Shown in pieces: positions 18,833 to 26,208 of a stretch of 33,958 nt of DNA. The notes below the pieces were generated by a model. That model did not search any database, had not been told where the DNA came from, and saw only the letters and a program-made list of their open reading frames with translations. Made by a program: the position numbers and the translations under genes. Source of the stretch: Tepidisphaeraceae bacterium (GTDB taxonomy: Bacteria > Planctomycetota > Phycisphaerae > Tepidisphaerales > Tepidisphaeraceae); assembly GCA_051962375.1 (NCBI GenBank), contig JBQCCH010000078.1, positions 1-33,958 of the forward strand, in the 5' to 3' direction. How positions within the stretch are numbered: position 1 is the first letter of the stretch; each line of letters opens with the position of its first letter.

Positions 18833-20191
18833 ATGAACGAATTAAACACCATCGTTCGCAATCGGCCCACGATTGGCCCCCGGTATAAATGGGCCATCGT
18901 TGCGATGCTCTGGTTTGTCTGCTTCTTTAACTACGCCGACAGAATGGCGATCTATTCAGTCTTTCCGTTGCTGAAAAAAGAGATGCTGCTTTCGGATGTG
19001 CAGTTGGGGATCCTCGGCAGCGAGTTCATGTGGGTTTACGCGGCGATGTCGCCGATCGCAGGCTGGGTCGGCGATCGCGTCAGCCGTAAGACGTTGATCG
19101 TCGGTGGCCTGATTTTCTGGTCGGTCATCACACTCGCGACCGCGCTTTCGACCGATTACCTACATCTGGTTATTTTCCGAGCGGCCGAAGGACTAGGCGA
19201 GGCATTCTACTTTCCCGCGGCGATGTCGCTGGTGAGTGATTACCACGGCCGCGCGACGCGCTCTAAGGCGATGGCGATCTGTCAATCGAGCGTTTACGCC
19301 GGCACGATCGCCGGCGGAACGGTCGCCGGATTTCTCGCCGAGCAGCACGGATGGAGATCGAGCTTCTATCTGTTCGGCGCGCTCGGCGTACTACTCGGCT
19401 CTGTGCTGGTCGTGCTGCTGAAAGAACCGCAGCGCGGCGAGGCCGACGCCATCGATCTGGTCGACGGCCGCGATAACCCGGGCCCGGAGCCGTTGCTCGT
19501 GGGTCACGCAATCAGCTCTGAAAGAGTGAGCATCCCCGCGACAATCGCTGCCGTGTTTGAGAATCCCATCGTATTGATTCTGGTGGCCGTTTTCATATGT
19601 GCGAATTTCGTGGCGTCGGTGTTTCTGACCTGGATGCCGTCGTTCCTGCATCGGAAGTTCGACATGAGCCTTGCCATGTCGGGCCTTAACGCGACGGGCT
19701 GGCTTCAGATCGCTTCGGCGATCGGCGTGATGTGCGGCGGCGTGCTCGGCGACGCGCTGGCCACCCGAACGACCGGCGGCCGGATGATGACGCAGGCCGT
19801 CGGCCTGTTCTTCGGCATTCCTTTTATTTTCTTCACCGGTTACACGCTCTCGACGACGGTGCTGGTGCTGGCCATGGTCGGCTTCGGTTTTTTCAAGGGC
19901 TTTTATGACGCAAACCTCTGGGCGTCGCTGTACGACGTCGTTCCCGTCAAAAATCGCGGGACCGCGCTGGGAATCATGAACGCGCTTGGTTGGGTGGGCG
20001 GTGGTATTGCACCCGTGGTGATCGCCGCGGGCGCCGAGCGGTACGGGATGAGCACTTGCCTCAGCGCGACGTCGGGCGTTTATCTTGTCGCGGCGGTGAT
20101 GATGATTATCGGCATGCAGTCATTGGCGCGGCGCGGCCTGAATCAGCCCAAGGCCATAGGCGTATTAGAACCGGAAGGATTTTTGCGCTAA
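18833..20191 (+). CDS. MFS transporter (anion:cation symporter / Spinster-like type), probable acidic-sugar permease
   Basis: ATG 18833 gives MNELNTIVRNRPTIGPRYKWAIVAMLWFVCFFNYADRMAIYSVFPLL. G..GDRVSRK is an MFS loop 2-3 motif, and the protein has multiple hydrophobic segments throughout. The ORF-track extension to 18764 overlaps the upstream gene. Confidence 0.85.
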   Translation: MNELNTIVRNRPTIGPRYKWAIVAMLWFVCFFNYADRMAIYSVFPLLKKEMLLSDVQLGILGSEFMWVYAAMSPIAGWVGDRVSRKTLIVGGLIFWSVITLATALSTDYLHLVIFRAAEGLGEAFYFPAAMSLVSDYHGRATRSKAMAICQSSVYAGTIAGGTVAGFLAEQHGWRSSFYLFGALGVLLGSVLVVLLKEPQRGEADAIDLVDGRDNPGPEPLLVGHAISSERVSIPATIAAVFENPIVLILVAVFICANFVASVFLTWMPSFLHRKFDMSLAMSGLNATGWLQIASAIGVMCGGVLGDALATRTTGGRMMTQAVGLFFGIPFIFFTGYTLSTTVLVLAMVGFGFFKGFYDANLWASLYDVVPVKNRGTALGIMNALGWVGGGIAPVVIAAGAERYGMSTCLSATSGVYLVAAVMMIIGMQSLARRGLNQPKAIGVLEPEGFLR

Positions 20192-21114
20192 TGGACGAGC
20201 TTTTTTTCCTGGCGAGCATCGTTGTCGCACTCACCATTCGCGTGCCGCGTCCGCCCTCGGCCGGCGAGACGCTCGTGGGCGATTCGTTTGACCTCGGACC
20301 TGGCGGCAAAGGGCTCAATCAGGCCCTCGCAGCGCGGCGGCAGGGGGCCGGGGTGTCGATGATTGCCGCGGTCGGTGATGACCTTCTCGCAGGCGTCGCG
20401 ATGGGAACCATAGCGACCGAGGGGCTCGATGCGCGTCTTGTTCGGAAGATGGAAGGTATCAACACAGGCGTTGGCTTCGTCACGCTCGACGCCCGCACGG
20501 CGGATAACACGATCGTCATCGATCCCGGCGCGAACTTACGTCTGACGGACGCCCATATTCAGCAATGCGCGAAGGAAATTCGGACGGCAAGAATGGTGAT
20601 CTCGCCGCTGGAACTGCCGGACGCGCCGGTGCTGGAAGCATTCCGAATCGCGAAGCGTTACGGGGTAAAAACGCTGCTGAACCCGGCGCCTGCGCGGCCG
20701 TTGCCGCCAGAACTGCTGGGGCTGACCGACCTGCTCACGCCCAATGAGACCGAAGCAAAAATGCTGCTCGGACTGTCCGGCGAAGACGACATTCCTCCGG
20801 AAATTCTCGGCCGGCGGCTGATGGCGGAATTGGGCATCGGCCAAGTCGTCATGACACTCGGTCGCCGCGGCGCGATGGTCTTCAGCAATGAAAGTGAAAT
20901 CCGAATCCCGTCCGTTTCTGTTACGGCCGTCGATCCGACAGGCGCGGGAGACTGTTTCAACGCGACACTGGCCGTCGGACTGATCGGCGGCTTATCGCTC
21001 GTCGACGCCGCCTCCAGAGCGGCCGCCGCAGGCGCATATTGTGCACAACATCTGGGCGTGATCGCCGGTCTGCCCACGGCGTTGGAACTCGATACGTTCA
21101 TTCAATCGCATTAA
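20191..21114 (+). CDS. pfkB-family sugar kinase, ribokinase-like
   Basis: ATG 20191 overlaps the MFS stop (TAATG). GPGGKGLNQALAA, DPGANL, LNPAPARPLPPELLGLTDLLTPNETEA and DPTGAGDCFNA align without gaps to E. coli RbsK blocks as I recall them (GGKGANQAVAA, LNPAPARELPDELL..ITPNETEA, AAGDTFNGA). The ORF-track extension to 19990 lies inside the MFS gene in another frame. Confidence 0.85.
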   Translation: MDELFFLASIVVALTIRVPRPPSAGETLVGDSFDLGPGGKGLNQALAARRQGAGVSMIAAVGDDLLAGVAMGTIATEGLDARLVRKMEGINTGVGFVTLDARTADNTIVIDPGANLRLTDAHIQQCAKEIRTARMVISPLELPDAPVLEAFRIAKRYGVKTLLNPAPARPLPPELLGLTDLLTPNETEAKMLLGLSGEDDIPPEILGRRLMAELGIGQVVMTLGRRGAMVFSNESEIRIPSVSVTAVDPTGAGDCFNATLAVGLIGGLSLVDAASRAAAAGAYCAQHLGVIAGLPTALELDTFIQSH

Positions 21115-21130
21115 GAACAAGGTCATACGC

Positions 21131-21802
21131 ATGAGCCCTTCATCCGCCACGCTCTGGATCGCCGGAACTATCGACGAGTGCGCCTCCGCCGCTAGCACCG
21201 GACTCACGAGCGCAATCGTGACCAACCCGACGGTCATCGCCAAGTGGTGCGCCGGCACGCGCACGCTCGAAGCAGTCTGCCAGGAAATGTTGGAGCGCGC
21301 ACCGCTTCCTCTGTTCGTGCAATTGCGCGGCCCGATGACGGCGCAGTATCTTGCCGAAGCCGCCCATTTGCGAAAGATTTCAACCCGCGTCGTTCCCAAG
21401 CTTCCCGCCACGCTTGACGGGCTGGCGGCCGTGCGTGCGCTGGCGGACCGTGGTGTGGAGAGTCTGGTGACGACCGTCTGTTCCCTGGAGCAGGCCTATC
21501 TTTGCGCGGCCGCGGGCGCGCGGTGGATTTGCCCCTATGTAGCGCGTGTGAACGACGCGGGGGGTAACGCATTCACTCTTATTCGAGATGCCGCCGAGTA
21601 TTATCGCCGTACAAATGCCGGAATTCGCATCATGCCCGCCAGTGTCCGCACGCGACTTGATGCCGAGGAGTGCCTTCGGGCGGGCGCCGACGGCGTCATC
21701 GTTTTTCACGACCTGTTTCTCACCCTCTTCGATCATCCGGTAATGATGAATTCGCTAGAGAAATTTGAGGCTGAGGATTGGAGCCGCATCTGTTTTGCAT
21801 AG
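21131..21802 (+). CDS. Transaldolase-superfamily protein, small FSA/TalC-type (fructose-6-phosphate-aldolase-like)
   Basis: ~220 aa with AIVTNPTVIA (TTNPS-like), VVPKLPATLDGLAAVRAL (Schiff-base Lys context V-K-x-P-x-T) and AAGARWICPYVARVNDAGG (matches ..APYVNRIDAQGG of E. coli FsaA). Confidence 0.8.
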   Translation: MSPSSATLWIAGTIDECASAASTGLTSAIVTNPTVIAKWCAGTRTLEAVCQEMLERAPLPLFVQLRGPMTAQYLAEAAHLRKISTRVVPKLPATLDGLAAVRALADRGVESLVTTVCSLEQAYLCAAAGARWICPYVARVNDAGGNAFTLIRDAAEYYRRTNAGIRIMPASVRTRLDAEECLRAGADGVIVFHDLFLTLFDHPVMMNSLEKFEAEDWSRICFA

Positions 21803-21962
21803 TTCAACGGGGAACTCGCTGGGTGCGATAAGGAGAACCGGTCCCTCCCCCTCCTCTTTTACATTCTTTCTTTTGCAACATGGCATTGTGTCGAGGTAAA
21901 AACGTGTGCAAAAGTAGCGATAAAAATGCTTGCTTAGGTCGGAAATGGATCGGCAAGTTTTA

Positions 21963-22630
21963 GAGCCTGTCATGAACTGTTCGCAGCCCTTTCGCTGAAG
22001 TGGGCGTATGGCAAGGAAGCCTCACTCCAGCAATGTGACGGATGATGAGAGGCATTCGTCGTCCCGTATCTAATGCTGATGCAAGAGGACGGCCCGCAGC
22101 GCGAGTACGAACTTCGGAAGGTCTTCGATGGCCTCCGGTGCTTCGTCCGAGGCTTGCTGAGGCGGCAGGCTTTGCCCGATGACCTGCCGCCGATGGCACG
22201 TGGTGAACCAGCAGACACAGCGGTGGATCAAGGCCGGCGTGTTCGAGGTGATCGTACACGACTTGCGGCGGATCCTGCGGCTCCTGGACGACCGACGGCC
22301 ATCGACACGCTCGGCCACCTGCTGGCGCTCCGCGTCACAGCGGCCGACACGTAGGAGCGGGACGAAGTCGAACGACTTGCCCGTGACGTGCAGGAGGCGA
22401 GCGGCGAGAACGTGGAACTGGCATACGTCGACCAGGGCTACACCGGCGAGCGGCCCGCCGACGCCGCCGACGGGCTTGGGATCAAAATGGAAGAGGTGAA
22501 ACTGCCCGAGGGCAAACGCGGCTTCGTGCTTGCCGCGGCGGTGGGTGGTGGAGCGTTCCTTCGGCTGTCCTGCTAGGTTCCGCCGGCACGCCCGCGTTGC
22601 GGCAGACAATCGCCCAGGCCGGCGGGGTCA
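21963..22630 (+). mobile_element. IS5-family insertion sequence relic: left inverted repeat plus heavily frameshifted, internally deleted transposase gene; right end missing
   Basis: Terminal repeat GAGCCTGTCATGAAC at 21963 is preceded by TA. ATG 22008 gives MARKPHSSNVTDDE. After frame changes come AFVVPYLMLMQEDGPQREYELRKVFDGLRCFV, WHVVNQQTQRWIKAGVFEVIVHDLRRILRLL, then AIDTLGHLLALRVTAADT-stop, VQEASGENVELAYVDQGYTGE..GIKMEEVKLPEGKRGFVL and RWVVERSFG..ARFRR. All are typical IS5-family DDE transposase blocks. The right boundary is approximate. Confidence 0.8.
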
Positions 22631-22762
22631 GTGCGGGGGCCGCGCCGGCGGCGAAAAGGCGCGACTGCCGCGTCGGGACACTGAGACGTTGGGACGTGTT
22701 TTCGAAAAAGCGTCGTTGGTGAAAGTTGCCATTCAACCCGATTCACCTCGGCCAGCCGTCGC

Positions 22763-23803
22763 TTATTGGCCGGCTTTGAACAGGGCGATCTGTTGCTTGA
22801 GCAGGTCCAGGTACTTCGTGCCAAACTCGACCGACGGTTCGATGTCCTTGCTGATTTCCGCGGTCGGCTGCTCGCCGCGGTGCCACTCGTTCCAACTGAC
22901 GACGGTAGCGAAGTGCGGGCCGACCGACCTGGCGCGGGCCCATTCGCGCAAGAAGGTTTTGCCGTTGTCGCGACTGGCTGCCGCGATGTAGCCGCGGCCG
23001 CCTCCGGGCTGGCCCTGCTGGCGGGTGGCGGCGGTGACGACCATCGCTTCAGGGTGTCCGCCGTATACGCTGAACGTCTGCGGGCCGCGGTCTTCCCACG
23101 ACCAGTAACCGAACTTGCTGACCAGATCGGGCGTGCGCAAGGAGCTCTGCTCGGTGACGTAGCCGGTCATCCAGCGGACGGTGAAACGGTCGTCTTTCCA
23201 GGCCGGCACACCGGTCTGGAAGGGGGACGGCGTGTTTACGTAAACCACCAGCAGCGGCTTGCCGAGATACTGCTCGACGAGCGGTGCGTACCGCGGGTTG
23301 GCGACGTAATGGTGGTAAATCTGGTCGGCCTTGCGTTGCAGACGCCCGTTCTGGACTGCCTCAGGGGAGCCGGTGACGCCGGCGAAGATGCTGATGTTGG
23401 GCGTCTTCTTTCCAGCCGCACGTAGATCGGCGTATTCATCGAAAAGGGCGCCGGTCGCACCTTCAATCATGTCGAACGTGGGGTTCGGCTTGCTCGGGTC
23501 ACGGTGGTATTTGATGTCGTTCGACCAGTCGACCCAGATGAAGTCGACACCCGCGTCGGCGAGCCACGCGGCGTGCTGGTCGATGACTTTCCGGTCGTCC
23601 GACTGGTAGAAGCCCAGCAACGGTTTGCCCCAGGTGTTGGTCCAGTTCGGTGTCACGTGCCAGGTCGTGTAAGCGACGCCCACTTGTCGCTCGGCGGGGG
23701 GCGCCGGGGTGTAGTCGGTCGCGGGGCCGACGCTTGGCTCGCCAGGGGCCAGGGCGGCGGTCAGAAAAATGGCTGCAAAGCCGGATCGGACGTGAATATT
23801 CAT
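22763..23803 (-). CDS. Secreted TIM-barrel glycoside-hydrolase-like protein (GH99-like fold family; tentative)
   Basis: Signal-like MNIHVRSGFAAIFLTAALAPG. Motifs are VGVAYTTWH..WGKPLLGFYQSDDRKVIDQHAAWLADAGVDFIWVDWSN and VVSWNEWHRGEQP. The latter recalls the SFNEWHEGTQIE block of GH99 endo-mannosidases. It is a distant paralogue of the gene at 32199. Confidence 0.6.
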   Translation of the reverse strand: MNIHVRSGFAAIFLTAALAPGEPSVGPATDYTPAPPAERQVGVAYTTWHVTPNWTNTWGKPLLGFYQSDDRKVIDQHAAWLADAGVDFIWVDWSNDIKYHRDPSKPNPTFDMIEGATGALFDEYADLRAAGKKTPNISIFAGVTGSPEAVQNGRLQRKADQIYHHYVANPRYAPLVEQYLGKPLLVVYVNTPSPFQTGVPAWKDDRFTVRWMTGYVTEQSSLRTPDLVSKFGYWSWEDRGPQTFSVYGGHPEAMVVTAATRQQGQPGGGRGYIAAASRDNGKTFLREWARARSVGPHFATVVSWNEWHRGEQPTAEISKDIEPSVEFGTKYLDLLKQQIALFKAGQ

Positions 23804-24189
23804 ACGCGCCTGAGAACAATAACGTGGAAGGGTGTAGAAGACGACGGACTTTACTCATTGCGTTGCCCGCAATGGGCAGCCACCAGCCGCCAATTTATGC
23901 TGAATCGTACGCCACTTGGCCAGAGAGTGCTTTGTGCTCAAAGCGAGGGCGGGCGAGGTGGCAATGAGCATATTTTTGTCAGCAAACGAGGGAAGGGCAG
24001 CACACGGTCCATCGAGCCTGCGTGAAAGTCTTGGAACAGAACTTTTGTGATTCCGGTCGTATCCCGTCGGGACGGGGTGACCCGGCCGTGACGGGACGGG
24101 ATGCGGTTCGTCCCGTTCATGAGATGGAGCGTACTTCCGTCGAACAGGTAAACCATCGTGGCCGGATCGTGGACCTCGTTGCGTTTTAT

Positions 24190-24669
24190 CTGAGGGCCTT
24201 AGTTCAAGCTGCCGTACGGTCGCGAAGGCGTTTAAGTGTAGTAGATCGGCGGCACGTCAGTTCGCGCGTGCCCGAACGAAGTGCCGTTGATCGAATACGA
24301 CATGTCGACTGCTTCGGCCAACGCCGCCAGCCGCTCGGCCGACGCGGCGCGCGTCGGCGGGAGTCAACCGGATGGGCCGGATCACCGACGAGGGACCGGC
24401 CACCCTGCGGAAACTGTTAACGGAAGCGGCGTGGCAACGCGTGCTCCGCAGTCCCACGATTCGCGCCTTCCACGAGCGAATGAAAAACGGCCGAGATGAC
24501 CGTGAACAAGAAAACGCTGATCGCCACCGCGCATTATCTGTCGCGGGTAATGCTGACGATGCTTAAAACCGGCGAGTCGCGTCGTGGAGGTGTGGAACCC
24601 GATAAGAGGGCCGATCGGGCAATTGAACAGAGCGCTGCGGGCAACGTCTTGGTCCCCGAACCGGCCTAA
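24190..24669 (+). pseudogene. IS110-family transposase C-terminal relic (in-frame stop plus frameshift); no N-terminal DEDD part present
   Basis: ..RQFARARTKCR-stop..ASAGVNRMGRITDEGPATLRKLLTEAAWQRVLRSPTIRAFHERMKNG, then a frame change to KKTLIATAHYLSRVMLTMLKTGE. This matches the conserved C-terminal region of IS110-family transposases (GRITK.G...LR..L.EAAW......P..RAFYER......K.A.VA.A..L.RV...ML..GE). The left boundary is uncertain. Confidence 0.6.
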
Positions 24670-25189
24670 AAACTGGCCTGGACATCGCGACGAGTCGGAT
24701 CAAGGATGCGAGCCAAGCGTGCCGGACCTCGATTGACGGACTGGGGGTAAGAACCCGCGGTATTGAATGAGGCCGGCCGTACGCCAGGGGCGTCGATGAT
24801 CGCGTTCCGAACTCATCGACGACACTCACACGCAACGTCCACTTTCCCGGCTTGCCCGGCGTGGAGCGAACTTAAAACGCGCCCCCCCTCGACCCGCACT
24901 GCGGCCGCCAGAACGCAGGCACGACCAACGCGCGGCCGGTCGCGCCGGGCAACGCGGCGTCGACGGCGACCCAGCTCGGGTCATACGGTTTGTGGTACGA
25001 ACGGCCGACGTCGATCGCCCACTCGCGCACCGGTGACGCGTCGTCGAGTCCGCTCTCGGCATTGACGAAAACGGAATCCGCGCCGCACGTCATCTCAGCC
25101 CGGGCGGCGATCATTAGGCAGGCCACGCCGGCAATCGCGAAAGACTTGGAATGACCCTGCTCCCTCGGTGATCCGACTTCTGCCGACTA

Positions 25190-26104
25190 CTATAGCCCCG
25201 AAGTGCGGCTGGACGTTTTCGACGCCGACGGCGCCCGGAGTCGGGCCCGCCAAGGCATGGGCGCCAGTCCCGTGTGCCGCTTGAAATCGATGGAAAAGTG
25301 GAACGGCGAATCGAACCCCAGCCGGGCGGCGATTTCTTTGACGGACAGTTGCGTGCTTTGTAAAAGGTCCTGCGCCCTGCGCAGCCGGACTTGAATATGA
25401 TACTGCTTTGGAGTGACGCCGGTGTGGGCTTTAAACGCCCGCCGGATGTAGGAATAGCTCAGTCCTGATTCCTCGGCCAGGTTTTGCATGCTCACTCCCA
25501 CGCCGGAACATTCACTGATGCGACACCGCAGGGCTGTCACGCCGGGCGGTGCGCCGGCGCCAGCCGTTCGGCGTTGACGGCCGTGCACGACGCGCGCCAG
25601 AAATTGCAGCCCGAGCAAGCCGAGCAGCACAGAGTAGCCTTTCGGCGCGGCCGCTGTGATTCGATGGCATTCGTCGAAGAGTTCTGACAGCGCCAGGTCC
25701 AGGCCGGGCCGCAAGAGCGGCCTTTCCGGCCGCAGCACCCCGGCACGCCGCAGGCGGTCGACGGCCGGGCCTTGCAATTCGAGCCAGTCCTCGGTCCAGC
25801 CGGTCTGACGCAGCGGCTCGTACCGGTGCCACACGCCCGGGAAGAGCACGAAAACCGTGCCCGGCTCGATTCGCGCCTTTCCGGACCGCGCCGATTCAAA
25901 TCGCCCCTGGCCCGCGGTGATGTACACCAGTTGATACGCGTTCAACACGCGGCCACGCTGCCAATCGAGCGCGTAGTCGTCCGGGTGTCGGCCGGGCGGG
26001 TACAACGCGCCAGGCACGGTTTGCGTATGCCCGGCTGCGGTGACGCGAACGCCCCAAGGATTCATCGCGCCCGAATCCGGATAGTAAGCCGAGTAATTGG
26101 TCAT
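25190..26104 (-). CDS. AraC/XylS-family transcriptional regulator (cupin-like sensor plus dual HTH)
   Basis: The C-terminus LAEESGLSYSYIRRAFKAHTGVTPKQYHIQVRLRRAQDLLQSTQLSVKEIAARLGFDSPFHFSIDFKRHTGLAPMPWR is a canonical HTH_18/AraC signature. The N-terminal ~150 aa are cupin-like (YQLVYITAGQGRFES..GTVFVLFPGVWHRY). Confidence 0.9.
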   Translation of the reverse strand: MTNYSAYYPDSGAMNPWGVRVTAAGHTQTVPGALYPPGRHPDDYALDWQRGRVLNAYQLVYITAGQGRFESARSGKARIEPGTVFVLFPGVWHRYEPLRQTGWTEDWLELQGPAVDRLRRAGVLRPERPLLRPGLDLALSELFDECHRITAAAPKGYSVLLGLLGLQFLARVVHGRQRRTAGAGAPPGVTALRCRISECSGVGVSMQNLAEESGLSYSYIRRAFKAHTGVTPKQYHIQVRLRRAQDLLQSTQLSVKEIAARLGFDSPFHFSIDFKRHTGLAPMPWRARLRAPSASKTSSRTSGL

Positions 26105-26208
26105 CCGCGACGTGTCAGATTTTATATGTAATGGGTCAGAAATGCGATGGCCGTCAGCGGGTGCGCATTTATAGGTTGCAGGGCGTACCTGTCTTGTGGA
26201 GGAGCCTT

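Noticed and set aside
21131-21802. Calling this gene a genuine transaldolase (talC) of the pentose-phosphate pathway
   Set aside because: It has the small FSA/TalC-type size and Tyr at the Phe/Tyr switch position, and it sits in an operon with a permease and a kinase. These argue for an aldolase-type accessory enzyme, so no gene symbol is assigned.
22631-22762. Unassigned ~130 bp between the IS5 relic and the stop of the GH99-like gene; looked for the missing right inverted repeat (GTTCAT.ACAGGCTC)
   Set aside because: The repeat is not present and no coding or structural signal was recognisable. The stretch is left unannotated.
24872-25126. Minus-strand 84-aa ORF (..ACLMIAARAEMTCGADSVFVNAESGLDDASPVREW..) that begins with a hydrophobic, signal-like stretch
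   Set aside because: It has no ATG start (GTG only), no RBS, no recognisable family motif and a stop after 84 codons in a region full of IS debris. It is possibly a fragment of a lost gene but is not supportable as a feature.
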